Shown here piece by piece: positions 8,372 to 17,815 of a stretch of 64,000 bases of DNA (positions are counted from its first letter, which is position 1; every line of letters starts with the position of its first letter). The position numbers and the translations under genes were made by a program. The DNA is taken from assembly GCA_026417155.1 (NCBI GenBank), contig JAOADU010000060.1, positions 11,604-75,603 of the forward strand. Reading direction: 5' to 3'. Source of the DNA: Bacteroidales bacterium (GTDB taxonomy: Bacteria; Bacteroidota; Bacteroidia; Bacteroidales; GWA2-32-17). The notes beneath the pieces were generated by a model, which ran no database searches, was not told where the DNA came from, and saw nothing but the letters and a program-made list of their open reading frames with translations.

Positions 8372-9076
8372 ATGGACATTTTGACACAATGGCTCGAATC
8401 GACTAATATACCTATTATTTCTGCATTTATATTAGGAATTATGACGGCTATTAGTCCATGTCCTCTCACAACAAATATTACAGCTATAGGTTTTATAAGT
8501 AAAGATTTAGATAATAGGAGAAGAATATTTTACAATGGTCTTTGGTACACATTAGGCAGGGTACTTAGTTACATGTTATTAGCATTTGTTCTTTATTTAG
8601 GAGCAAGTACTTTTCATGTAGCTCGCTTTTTTCAATCGAATGGAGAAAGATATTTGGGCTTTTTACTTATATTGATAGGTTTTTTAATGCTTGATATAAT
8701 AAAAATTCAATGGCCTAAACTGTTTAATCTTACCGATAGAATTGAAAAAAACGCCAATCAAAACCAGTGGTGGAGTGCTTTATTGTTGGGGATGATTTTT
8801 GCTTTGGCTTTTTGTCCGTATAGTGGTGCATTATTTTTTGGCATGCTTATTCCGTTGACTATTAGCAACGCATCTGGTCTAATATTACCTGTTGTTTTTG
8901 CTATTGCTACAAGCTTGCCTGTTATTATCGTTGCTTTTTTACTTGCTTTTAGTATTTCGAGTATTGGTAATTTTTATAAAAAACTGAAAAATTTTGAATA
9001 TTGGTTTCGTCGGTTTGTTGCAATAGTTTTTATAGCTATAGGCATTTATTATGTGTATTTGTTTTATTTTAAATAA
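8372..9076 (+). CDS. CcdA/DsbD-like thiol-disulfide transmembrane protein (family often annotated as ArsG-type permease)
   Basis: 234 aa with about 6 TM helices. Two membrane-embedded Cys-Pro motifs, AISPCPL and AFCPYSG, sit where CcdA/DsbD have their redox cysteines. Confidence 0.65.
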   Translation: MDILTQWLESTNIPIISAFILGIMTAISPCPLTTNITAIGFISKDLDNRRRIFYNGLWYTLGRVLSYMLLAFVLYLGASTFHVARFFQSNGERYLGFLLILIGFLMLDIIKIQWPKLFNLTDRIEKNANQNQWWSALLLGMIFALAFCPYSGALFFGMLIPLTISNASGLILPVVFAIATSLPVIIVAFLLAFSISSIGNFYKKLKNFEYWFRRFVAIVFIAIGIYYVYLFYFK

Positions 9077-9081
9077 ATATT

Positions 9082-10419
9082 ATGGAAACAAAGAAAGAAT
9101 TGAAAATATTATTGTGGATAATAATTGTGTTTGCTATAGTATTTTTTCTACCAGTTGGAAATGAACGCTTTTTAAATGCAATAACCGCAAGTTTAGATTT
9201 ACTGAAATGGTATGCCCGCGAACATATCGTTTTGTGTCTGTTACCTGCATTTTTAATTGCTGGCGTTATTGCTGTTTTTATAAGTCAGGCTTCTGTTATT
9301 CGATATTTTGGCGCAAACGCTAAAAAATGGGTAGCATATTCGGTAGCATCTATATCTGGTGCTATATTAGCTGTATGTAGTTGTACTATTTTGCCATTAT
9401 TTACTAGTATTTATAAACGCGGTGCTGGAATAGGACCTGCTATTACATTTTTATACTCAGGACCTGCTATAAATATTTTGGCAATTATTTTAACGGCTAG
9501 AATATTAGGTGTTGAAATAGGTGTTGCACGAACTATAGGCGCAATAGTATTTAGTATTGCTATTGGCTTAATCATGGCTTTTATTTATCGGCACGAAGAA
9601 GAAAATAGAAAAGAAGAGCAAACGAACCTGATAACAGCAATGAATCAAAAGACTATTAGCGAAACCGCTGCATTATTATTTTCATTGGTTTTTGTTTTGA
9701 TTTTTGCGAATTTTGGAATGCCCTCTAATAAAGATATTTCCAATATTTGGTTTATATTATGGTTGTATAAATGGTATATTACAGGTTTTTTTGCATTATT
9801 GTTTGCATTTTTATTGATTAAAATATTAAAAATATCGTGGCGTAAGGTATTAATAATTACATTGTTAACAGCTATTTCTGCAATTGTCTCGCATATATAT
9901 ATACAACCTTCATTAGCTCCTTTGTTGCCTATGTTAGTAGGTATAGCTTTGTTGAGTTTAATAATTTTACAAGATAAGAGTAATTATGAAAATAAAGAAT
10001 GGATTTATTCATCGTGGGATTTCACCAAACAAATTTTACCTTTATTGGCGATAGGCATTCTTATTTCTGGATTTTTGTTGGGTTCTACCCACGACGATGT
10101 TAATATTTCAGGCGTTGTTCCAAAAGAATGGATTTTGACTTTGGTAGGCGATAATTCTTTTTTTTCAAATTTATTTGCTTCGGTATTTGGTGCATTTATG
10201 TATTTTGCAACATTGACGGAAGTTCCTATTTTACAAGGCTTGATGGCATCGGGCATGGGAAAAGGACCAGCACTTGCATTACTGCTTTCGGGACCTTCCT
10301 TATCGCTTCCGAATATTCTGGTAATTCGACAAGTTCTTGGTACTAAAAAAACATTGATATATGTGTGTTTAGTAATTGTATTGTCTTCCATTTCGGGAAT
10401 GATTTTTGGTTTGCTATAG
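9082..10419 (+). CDS. DUF318/ArsP-type permease
   Basis: 445 aa and polytopic. The vicinal-cysteine motif AVCSCTILPLF resembles the ArsP-family CSC site. Two homologous halves are separated by a charged loop (RHEEENRKEEQ). Confidence 0.7.
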   Translation: METKKELKILLWIIIVFAIVFFLPVGNERFLNAITASLDLLKWYAREHIVLCLLPAFLIAGVIAVFISQASVIRYFGANAKKWVAYSVASISGAILAVCSCTILPLFTSIYKRGAGIGPAITFLYSGPAINILAIILTARILGVEIGVARTIGAIVFSIAIGLIMAFIYRHEEENRKEEQTNLITAMNQKTISETAALLFSLVFVLIFANFGMPSNKDISNIWFILWLYKWYITGFFALLFAFLLIKILKISWRKVLIITLLTAISAIVSHIYIQPSLAPLLPMLVGIALLSLIILQDKSNYENKEWIYSSWDFTKQILPLLAIGILISGFLLGSTHDDVNISGVVPKEWILTLVGDNSFFSNLFASVFGAFMYFATLTEVPILQGLMASGMGKGPALALLLSGPSLSLPNILVIRQVLGTKKTLIYVCLVIVLSSISGMIFGLL

Positions 10420-11166
10420 TTAATGGTTTCTTCTAAATTCATAACAAATAATAGCCGCTGCCATAGCTACATTTATAGAATCGATAGGCTTTTCGGGGGT
10501 GAAATGAGGGATAAATATTTTTCGTTGAACATAGGTTTCAATTTCTGCTGCTATACCTTTGCCTTCGTTACCCAAAACAATGATTCCTTTTGGGGTTAAT
10601 TTCGCTTGATGAATGTTTTCGCCTTCGAGAAAGGTTCCGTATATTGTTGTTCGATGTTGTTGTGCTTTTAAAAATTCAATTAAGTCGATTTGTAGAAAAT
10701 TTAGCCTTGATACTGCTCCCATAGATGCCTGAATAACTTTAGGGTTGTAAATATCGGCACATCCTTTTCCAAGTATAACAGCGTCAATGCCAAACCATAG
10801 TGCAATTCTTAGTATAGTTCCAACATTACCTGCATCTTGTATTTCGTCGAGAGCAAGAATAAGAGAATCGTCTATGCTTTTAGTAAATGCGGTGTCTTTT
10901 TTTTGATAAAATACACCAACAACTTCTGGCGGAGTTTTTAGAAAAGAAATTTTATCAATAATGGCGTTATCGCAAATGATAGGGTTTATTACGTTTGAAT
11001 GTTCTTTAGCCCATGCTTCAGAGCAAATAATAGCATACGGATACCAGTTGTTTTTTAAAAATTCTAAAACAACTTTTGTTCCTTCGGCTATAAATAAACC
11101 TGTTTCGTTGCGATATTTTTTATGTTCGAGCGAACGAATAAGTTTTATTTGCGATTTGCTGAGCAT
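10420..11166 (-). CDS. TrmH/SpoU family RNA 2'-O-methyltransferase
   Basis: 248 aa. Contains the SpoU motifs DEIQDAGNVGTILR, VLGNEGKGI and INVAMAAAI. Its stop codon abuts the stop of the convergent permease gene with zero gap. Confidence 0.85.
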   Translation of the reverse strand: MLSKSQIKLIRSLEHKKYRNETGLFIAEGTKVVLEFLKNNWYPYAIICSEAWAKEHSNVINPIICDNAIIDKISFLKTPPEVVGVFYQKKDTAFTKSIDDSLILALDEIQDAGNVGTILRIALWFGIDAVILGKGCADIYNPKVIQASMGAVSRLNFLQIDLIEFLKAQQHRTTIYGTFLEGENIHQAKLTPKGIIVLGNEGKGIAAEIETYVQRKIFIPHFTPEKPIDSINVAMAAAIICYEFRRNH

Positions 11167-11170
11167 TCCA

Positions 11171-11719
11171 TTACCACTCTTCTTTCTTGGGTGTAGTAGG
11201 TTTAGTTAAATATTCTTCGAAATGTTTAATCATTGCTTTAATTTCTTTGTCAATTTGCTCGAGATAGTAGTAGTTTTTAGTTGTAAAAGAAGGCGATGTT
11301 TTATCTAACCATTTTTCGATGGGGGTGTACGAAGTTTCTTTTAGATTTATTTCGTTTACAACAATTCGGGCTTTGTTATCTTTGTATTGAGTTGTAACAG
11401 TATATTGTACAATGCCTCGCATAGTTTGTACGTTGTTTTTATCGGGCGGATTAAGAACTTTTATTTGATGCTTTCCGATAATCTGACCATTTGTGGGATC
11501 TTCTTGACGAATTACGCCGGTAGGGTTTTTGAAATAGCTAAAAAACCAGCTTTTCCCTTTTCTAAAAAGCGAATCTTTATGGGCATTAACAGAAATAACT
11601 TTTGTATAAGTTATAGTTTTAGTTGCTGAGTCAATAGGAAGCGATGGCTCTTTATATTCTTCTTTCTGACTCCACGAATAGCTATAAATAAAAATAAAGC
11701 TTAAAACAAACCATTTCAT
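11171..11719 (-). CDS. secreted DUF4468-like protein
   Basis: 182 aa with a signal peptide. The pattern ITYTKVISV...LFRKGKSWFFSYFKNP...IIGKHQIKV recalls DUF4468. No function is inferable. Confidence 0.45.
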   Translation of the reverse strand: MKWFVLSFIFIYSYSWSQKEEYKEPSLPIDSATKTITYTKVISVNAHKDSLFRKGKSWFFSYFKNPTGVIRQEDPTNGQIIGKHQIKVLNPPDKNNVQTMRGIVQYTVTTQYKDNKARIVVNEINLKETSYTPIEKWLDKTSPSFTTKNYYYLEQIDKEIKAMIKHFEEYLTKPTTPKKEEW

Positions 11720-11837
11720 ATACTTAAATTTTGTTCGAATTTAATAACTTTTTCATGATTAATAAAATCATACATGGATCGAGACTCTTGCAAGACTGTT
11801 AATTTTTAACTATGAAATGGTAAATAACTTAAAGAAG

Positions 11838-11938
11838 TGGGATTCTTACTAAGATTCCGGAGATACCTTGTACCACTGGCATCTTGCCAGTGAAAAGCTT
11901 ACACTTCGATAGTGATGCCGGATACACAGTGTATCGCG
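11838..11938 (-). repeat. GC-rich hairpin-dense intergenic element, copy B (inverted relative to copy A)
   Basis: Hairpin CACTGGCA-tct-TGCCAGTG (11874-11892) has the same 8-bp stem as copy A. A second hairpin, GATACAC-a-GTGTATC, lies at 11921-11935. The reverse complement aligns colinearly with 5124-5215. Confidence 0.5.
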
Positions 11939-12049
11939 AAAAAAAATGTTGTATTAAAAAGTTATTTATTTAAAAAAGCAAAAATTATTGAATAGATTAT
12001 GGTTAGTCTTCTCATCAAATTATTATTTTTTACTGAGAAATTAAAAAAA

Positions 12050-13687
12050 CTAATAAGATAAAATTTTTACCAATGGTATTCTTCTGCCAAAGCCAAATGC
12101 TTTGGGCGATATTCTTAAAACCGGTGGTGCCTGATATCGCTTAAAATCGTATTGATAGAGCAAAGCAAATACTTTGTAAACAGTTTCTTTGTCGAAACCA
12201 GCGTTTATAATATCTTCAACCGTTTGTTGTTGTTCAATTAATTGGAATAGAATACCATCTAATATCTCGTAAGGAGGCAAACTGTCGCTATCTTTCTGAT
12301 TAGGACGCAATTCTGCCGAAGGTGTTTTTTTGATAATATGTTGGGGAATTCTTTCGCGATCATGATTCAAATATCGAGCCAGTTCATATACTTGAGTTTT
12401 ATATACATCGCCAAGTACTGAAATGGCACCACACATATCGCCATAAAGCGTTCCGTAGCCTGTAGCCATTTCGCTTTTATTGGAGGTATTTAAAAGTACA
12501 TGCCCGTGTTTATTCGAATAAGCCATTAAATATATGGCACGAATGCGAGCTTGGATATTTTCTTCTGTGATATCGGGCTTTTTACCGGAAAATATAGGCA
12601 AAAGTATTTCTTCCGTTTTTGAAAACACTGGTTCTATCGAAATAATATCGTAAGTAATATGATTTCGTTGACATAGTTCTATAGCATCTGTTACAGAATG
12701 ATTGGAAGAATAACGAGAAGGCATTAGGAGTGCATGCACATTATGGGCACCAAGAGCATCAGCAGCAAGAATAGCTACTACTGCACTATCTATTCCCCCC
12801 GATAAACCAAGTATAGCTTTAGAAAATTTATTTTTTTGAAAAAAATCTTTTATTCCAAAAACTAAAGCATCGTAAATAAATCGAATAGGGTTGGGATTGA
12901 AATGATTGTAAAGAATTTGATTAGGATCAACAATGCGTAGGTCTTCGTTAAAAAAATGGCAAATATGGTAACCATTGTTGTCGATAAAGATCGAACCTCC
13001 ATCAAAAATCAAATCAGTATGTACACCAACCTGATTGACATATACGATGGGACAATTTAGTTTTAGTTGTGCACCATGCAAAATTTCGTAGCGATGTGTA
13101 ATTTGAGTATATGAAAATGGTGAAGCGGCAATATTTATTAAGTAATCGGGCTGTTGTGTTTTTAGTTTTTCTATTATATCGTATTGATACTGTGGTTTGC
13201 CAATGGCTGGTTCAGGATCAAGTGACTTAGTCCAAAGATCTTCGCAAATGGTTATAGCTATTTTTTTATTAAAAATTTCTATAACAAGCGGTTGGTAAGA
13301 AGGTTCAAAATATCGGGCTTCGTCAAAAACATCGTATGTAGGCAAAAGTGCTTTATTATATTTTGCGATGATATTTCCATTTGTAAGAACAAAAGCTGTG
13401 TTAAACAGAGCTTTACCTTCGCTCAAATTTCTATCTATGCCGCCAACAATTGCTACAATATCCTTACATTCATTCGCAATAAATTGAATAGCATCAATAG
13501 ATTGTTGTATAAATGCTTCATCGAACAAAAGATCATAAGGTGGGTATCCGCAAATGGAAAGTTCTGAAAATACTGCAATGTGAACTTGTTCTTTTTTGGC
13601 TTTTTGTATTGCAGAAACAATTTTTTGCTTATTCCCTTCTATATCGCCAACAATATAATTTAGTTGGCAAAGAGCAAACCGCAACAT
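12050..13687 (-). CDS. nadE: glutamine-dependent NAD+ synthetase
   Basis: 545 aa. The N-terminal CN-hydrolase domain has the ITICEDLW catalytic Cys block. The C-terminal NAD synthetase domain has the PP-loop GLSGGIDSAV. Confidence 0.92.
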   Translation of the reverse strand: MLRFALCQLNYIVGDIEGNKQKIVSAIQKAKKEQVHIAVFSELSICGYPPYDLLFDEAFIQQSIDAIQFIANECKDIVAIVGGIDRNLSEGKALFNTAFVLTNGNIIAKYNKALLPTYDVFDEARYFEPSYQPLVIEIFNKKIAITICEDLWTKSLDPEPAIGKPQYQYDIIEKLKTQQPDYLINIAASPFSYTQITHRYEILHGAQLKLNCPIVYVNQVGVHTDLIFDGGSIFIDNNGYHICHFFNEDLRIVDPNQILYNHFNPNPIRFIYDALVFGIKDFFQKNKFSKAILGLSGGIDSAVVAILAADALGAHNVHALLMPSRYSSNHSVTDAIELCQRNHITYDIISIEPVFSKTEEILLPIFSGKKPDITEENIQARIRAIYLMAYSNKHGHVLLNTSNKSEMATGYGTLYGDMCGAISVLGDVYKTQVYELARYLNHDRERIPQHIIKKTPSAELRPNQKDSDSLPPYEILDGILFQLIEQQQTVEDIINAGFDKETVYKVFALLYQYDFKRYQAPPVLRISPKAFGFGRRIPLVKILSY

Positions 13688-13692
13688 TTCGA

Positions 13693-14370
13693 CTAAAATA
13701 CAATACCTGCTCTAATTTCAATTACATTTAAGATGTTTTTATAGTCTTTGTTTTTGTAATTTTTAATTTTTTCAATATCACTTAACCCATTTCTGAAAAC
13801 ACCTTCAAAAAGCAGTTTAGTATTTCCTTTAAGCGAATAAGTAATACCTGCACCTACATGATAAGCAAAAGCTACAGCACGAACTTCGTTTTTTACGTCG
13901 TCGTTAGAGTCAACAGTAATATCGGCACGAGCTTTATAGCGTAACAGAGGGCTAAATCCAAACTTAAGAAAATAAGAAATATAACCAATCTCTTTGGTTT
14001 TTCCTTTAATAGACAAAGGCAGTTCAATGTATTGAAGCTTATATTTAATAATAGAATTGGCTGGCATTTTATAAGTAGAATCAACAGCTTCTATTTTAGG
14101 TAACGAATCTAAATATTTTAAACTTCCCCCTGCATTGAAAAATCCTAAGCCTAAGTTTAATGAAAAGGCATTGGTTAAAGCAATATCGCTTGTTATACCA
14201 AATCCAAAACTTAATCTGCTTTTCTCTGATTTAATTTGTTTGTTATCGGGTTTAAACCAACTAATTTCAGGAGAAAAATAAATACCACCGCTAAATTTTT
14301 CTTGTTTTTCTTGACCAAAAGAAAAACCAACTATAAAAAGAGATGTGATTAAAATACTTAGCTTTTTCAT
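13693..14370 (-). CDS. small outer-membrane beta-barrel protein (PorT-like OMP_b-brl_2 type)
   Basis: Start taken at MKKLSILITSLFIVGFSFGQ (14370). Alternating beta-strand pattern with a terminal aromatic (...IRAGIVF). The gap to the nadE start is 5 nt. Confidence 0.6.
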   Translation of the reverse strand: MKKLSILITSLFIVGFSFGQEKQEKFSGGIYFSPEISWFKPDNKQIKSEKSRLSFGFGITSDIALTNAFSLNLGLGFFNAGGSLKYLDSLPKIEAVDSTYKMPANSIIKYKLQYIELPLSIKGKTKEIGYISYFLKFGFSPLLRYKARADITVDSNDDVKNEVRAVAFAYHVGAGITYSLKGNTKLLFEGVFRNGLSDIEKIKNYKNKDYKNILNVIEIRAGIVF

Positions 14371-14381
14371 AATACTTAGAT

Positions 14382-14389
14382 TAATTTTG
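14382..14389 (+). promoter_or_regulatory. -7 box TAATTTTG for 14413 gene
   Basis: Exact TAnnTTTG match, 23 nt upstream of the ATG, in a 42-nt divergent spacer. Confidence 0.45.
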
Positions 14390-14412
14390 TACAAAAATAC
14401 GATTTTTTTGAC

Positions 14413-15309
14413 ATGAAAAATATTACTGCTATTATTCTGTGGAGTTTTTTAATTTTTTTAATTTTTTCTTGCCGTTCGAATATTAATAATAATGAACAAA
14501 AAATTTATGTAATGCATGCAGGCAGCTTGTCGTTGCCTTTAAAAATAATCAAAGATAGTTTTGAGCAGAGATACTCCGATGTTAATGTTTTTTTGCAAGC
14601 ATGCGGAAGCAAGCAATGTGTGCGAAATATTATCGATCTGCACAAACAATGGGATATATTCTTTTCGGCCGATATGATGTTGATAGACAGTTTTCTTTAT
14701 CCTCAATTAACTACAAAGAAGTTTTCGTTTGTTTCTAATGAAATGGTTGTTGCATATACACAAAAGTCAAAATACTCAGATTCTATCAATTTAAACAATT
14801 GGACGAGAATACTTGCTCAACCCGATGTTGTTTTGGCTTTTTCTGATCCATTGTCCGATCCTTGCGGTGTGAGAGTTATATCGGTATTAACTTTAACTGA
14901 GAAATATTTTTCAAAAGATGGTTTATTGTCGGCAATTCGTTTCAAACCTCAAAATGTGTATATTCGTCCCAAAGAGATTGATATTATTTCTTTGCTCGAA
15001 TTAGGAACAGTTGATTATACAATTATTTACAAATCTTTAGCAACGCAATTTAATTTAAAATTTATAGAATTACCCGATTCGATAAATTTATCCAATACTC
15101 AATTACAGCCTTGGTATTCGATGCACACTATTAGGTACAAATTGCCCAATCAACAAATTAAAACTGAACCAATACATGCGATTGAATATGGTTACTGTAT
15201 AAATCATAAATCGGAATCATCTTCGGCAGTAAAATTATTTTTAGATTTTTTGAAAACCAAAACAGTAAAACAAATTATGCAACAAACAGGTCATACCATT
15301 TTATATTAA
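14413..15309 (+). CDS. WtpA/ModA-like molybdate/tungstate-type periplasmic binding lipoprotein (no adjacent permease or ATPase)
   Basis: 298 aa with lipobox LIFSC. The blocks YVMHAGSL..P...I...FE, ACGS, FFSADMMLI, NEMVVAYT, NW..IL.QPDVVLAFSDPLSDPCGVR parallel archaeal WtpA and other ModA-class proteins. Confidence 0.65.
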   Translation: MKNITAIILWSFLIFLIFSCRSNINNNEQKIYVMHAGSLSLPLKIIKDSFEQRYSDVNVFLQACGSKQCVRNIIDLHKQWDIFFSADMMLIDSFLYPQLTTKKFSFVSNEMVVAYTQKSKYSDSINLNNWTRILAQPDVVLAFSDPLSDPCGVRVISVLTLTEKYFSKDGLLSAIRFKPQNVYIRPKEIDIISLLELGTVDYTIIYKSLATQFNLKFIELPDSINLSNTQLQPWYSMHTIRYKLPNQQIKTEPIHAIEYGYCINHKSESSSAVKLFLDFLKTKTVKQIMQQTGHTILY

Positions 15310-15321
15310 CATTCAATTCCA

Positions 15322-15329
15322 TACCTTTG
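15322..15329 (+). promoter_or_regulatory. -7 box TACCTTTG for the PLP-enzyme/tyrS unit
   Basis: Exact TAnnTTTG followed by CAAAAAAAAATT-ATG. The TTG 'start' at 15327 in the ORF track is part of this box. Confidence 0.5.
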
Positions 15330-15341
15330 CAAAAAAAAATT

Positions 15342-16523
15342 ATGGAAAACGAATATTTAGGTTTCGATACTTTGTTAATTCATGGTGGTGATATTTACGA
15401 CGAATGGGGAAGTGCTGTAACACCAATATATCAAACTTCTACTTTTAAATTTAAAAATGCACAGCATGGTGCCGATTGCTTTGCAGGAAAGGAGAAGGGA
15501 TACATTTATACTCGCATCGGCAATCCAACTATTGAAGCTTTAGAGCGGAAACTCGCAATACTTGAAAAAGGAGCTGGCGGAATTGCTCTTTCTTCGGGGA
15601 TGGCCGCTGTAACTACCGTATATATGACCTACCTAGATAAAGGAAGTCATATTCTAAGTACTAGTGCTGTTTATGGACCTTCACGCGGTGTTCTTGAAAG
15701 TCATTTTGCTAAATTTGGCGTAGAAGCTACATTTATAGATACATCAATAATAGATAATATCGAAAGCAATATACGGCCCAATACTCGTATTTTATATTTA
15801 GAAACTCCAGCTAATCCTACTGTACAAATTACCGATATTGCAAAAGCATCGGAAATTGCTCATAAACATGGAATACTTGTTGTGGTTGATAACACGTTTT
15901 GTAGCCCATATCTTCAAAATCCGTTAGAATTGGGTGCTGACATTGTTTTGCATTCGCTTACAAAATATATTAACGGTCATGCCGATGTAGTAGGCGGTGC
16001 CTTAATTGCAAAAACGGAGGAAAATGTACAAAAGCTTCGCAAAACCATGATATACATGGGTGGAAACATGGATCCACATCAAGCTTATTTAGTAATTAGA
16101 GGAATAAAAACTCTGTCTCTTCGAATGGAAAAAGCACAAGAAAACGCCATTATCATTGCACAATATTTAGAAAATCATCCCAAAGTAGAGCGTGTTATGT
16201 ATCCGGGTTTATCTTCACATCCACAATATGAACTAGCTAAAAAACAAATGCGCGGACCTGGTTCTATGATAAGCTTCGAGTTAAAAGGAGGGTATGAGGC
16301 AGGTGTAACGCTAATGAATAATGTAAAAGTAGCTTTATTAGCTGTTTCATTAGGTGGAGTAGAAACATTAATACAGCACCCTGCTTCCATGACCCATGCT
16401 TCAATGTCGCCCGAAGGCAGAAAAGCAGCCTACATTACCGATGGATTGATTCGTTATTCTGTTGGAATTGAAAATGTTGATGATTTAATTGCCGATTTAG
16501 AACAAGCATTAGCAAAAATTTAG
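15342..16523 (+). CDS. methionine gamma-lyase / Cys-Met-metabolism PLP-dependent enzyme
   Basis: Start taken at ATG 15342 ([16 protein letters not shown]). Also has [11 protein letters not shown], the PLP-lysine block SLTKYINGH and the HPASMTH motif. It most resembles MGL of anaerobic Bacteroidota, but cystathionine gamma-synthase or lyase is not excluded. Confidence 0.8.
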   Translation: MENEYLGFDTLLIHGGDIYDEWGSAVTPIYQTSTFKFKNAQHGADCFAGKEKGYIYTRIGNPTIEALERKLAILEKGAGGIALSSGMAAVTTVYMTYLDKGSHILSTSAVYGPSRGVLESHFAKFGVEATFIDTSIIDNIESNIRPNTRILYLETPANPTVQITDIAKASEIAHKHGILVVVDNTFCSPYLQNPLELGADIVLHSLTKYINGHADVVGGALIAKTEENVQKLRKTMIYMGGNMDPHQAYLVIRGIKTLSLRMEKAQENAIIIAQYLENHPKVERVMYPGLSSHPQYELAKKQMRGPGSMISFELKGGYEAGVTLMNNVKVALLAVSLGGVETLIQHPASMTHASMSPEGRKAAYITDGLIRYSVGIENVDDLIADLEQALAKI

Positions 16524-16528
16524 CAACT

Positions 16529-17815
16529 ATGGGAAATGCTTTTATAGAAGAGCTTCGCTGGAGAGGAATGATTCATGATATGACTCCAGGCTTAGAAGAA
16601 CAATTATCGAACGAAATGACAACGGCGTATGTTGGCATCGATCCTACAGCCGATTCGCTTCATATTGGACATTTAGTATCTATTATGATGCTTAAGCACT
16701 TACAGAAACATGGTCACAAACCTATTGCACTTATCGGAGGTGCAACGGGTATGATTGGCGATCCCAGCGGAAAATCGGAAGAAAGAAAATTATTAGATGA
16801 ACATATACTTCGACATAACGAAACAGCTTTGTATGAGCAACTTAAAAGATTTTTAGATTTTGATACATCAAAACCCAATGGTGCCGAGATAGTTAACAAT
16901 TACGACTGGACAAAAGATTTTAGCTTAATTCAATTTTTGCGAGAGGTTGGTAAGCACATTACTGTTAATTACATGCTTGCTAAAGATTCGGTAAAAAAAC
17001 GCATGGAAACAGGCATTTCTTTTACCGAGTTTACATACCAATTACTGCAAGGGTACGATTTTCTTTATTTATACGAACATAAAAATTGTAAATTACAAAT
17101 GGGTGGGAGCGATCAGTGGGGTAACATCACAACAGGAACAGAACTTATTCGTCGAAAACTTGGTGCCGAAGCTTTTGCATTGACTTGTCCGCTCATTACA
17201 AAAGCCGATGGTGGAAAATTTGGAAAAACCGAAAAAGGTAATGTTTGGCTCGATAAACGTTATACAACTCCATACCAATTTTATCAGTTTTGGATAAATA
17301 CCACTGATGAAGATGCAGAGCGATATATTAAAATTTTTACGATGTTGAGTAAAGAAGAAATTGAAACACTCATAGAGCAACATCGTAAAGAACCTCATTT
17401 ACGAATGCTTCAGCAAACATTAGCTCGTGAAGTGACTATAATGGTGCATGGCGAACAGGAGTATCAGTCGGCAGTAGAAGCTTCGCAAATATTATTTGGG
17501 AAAGGCACAAAAGAACTATTAGAAAGATTAGATGAACAAACTTTTCTTTCTGTGTTTGATGGAGTGCCTCAGTATCACTTGACGAAAGAATCTTTACAAT
17601 CGGGTATTTCTATTGTTGATTTTTTGGCAGTTACAACAGACATTATGCCAAGTAAAAGTGAAGCCCGTAAAATGATTGCATCCGGAGCTATTAGTATAAA
17701 TAAAGAAAAAGTTCAATCGGCTGATATTATTATTGATACTACGTTTTGCTTGAATAGCAAATATATTTTAATTCAAAAAGGGAAAAAGAACTATTATTTA
17801 ATTGTGTTAACTTAA
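16529..17815 (+). CDS. tyrS: tyrosine--tRNA ligase
   Basis: 428 aa. HIGH motif (SLHIGHL), KMSKS-type KFGKT, and a C-terminal S4 domain. Confidence 0.95.
   Translation: MGNAFIEELRWRGMIHDMTPGLEEQLSNEMTTAYVGIDPTADSLHIGHLVSIMMLKHLQKHGHKPIALIGGATGMIGDPSGKSEERKLLDEHILRHNETALYEQLKRFLDFDTSKPNGAEIVNNYDWTKDFSLIQFLREVGKHITVNYMLAKDSVKKRMETGISFTEFTYQLLQGYDFLYLYEHKNCKLQMGGSDQWGNITTGTELIRRKLGAEAFALTCPLITKADGGKFGKTEKGNVWLDKRYTTPYQFYQFWINTTDEDAERYIKIFTMLSKEEIETLIEQHRKEPHLRMLQQTLAREVTIMVHGEQEYQSAVEASQILFGKGTKELLERLDEQTFLSVFDGVPQYHLTKESLQSGISIVDFLAVTTDIMPSKSEARKMIASGAISINKEKVQSADIIIDTTFCLNSKYILIQKGKKNYYLIVLT

Noticed and set aside
10005-10442. 145-aa ORF on the minus strand
   Set aside because: It is antisense to the 3' part of the DUF318 permease gene and has no motifs. 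It is a shadow ORF. The same reasoning applies to other ORFs nested antisense in larger genes or shadowing them in another frame, including 2518-2757, 3310-3600, 13292-13567, 17093-17398, 25263-25565, 25738-26013, 35359-35616, 37468-37767, 55629-55976 and 62699-63098.
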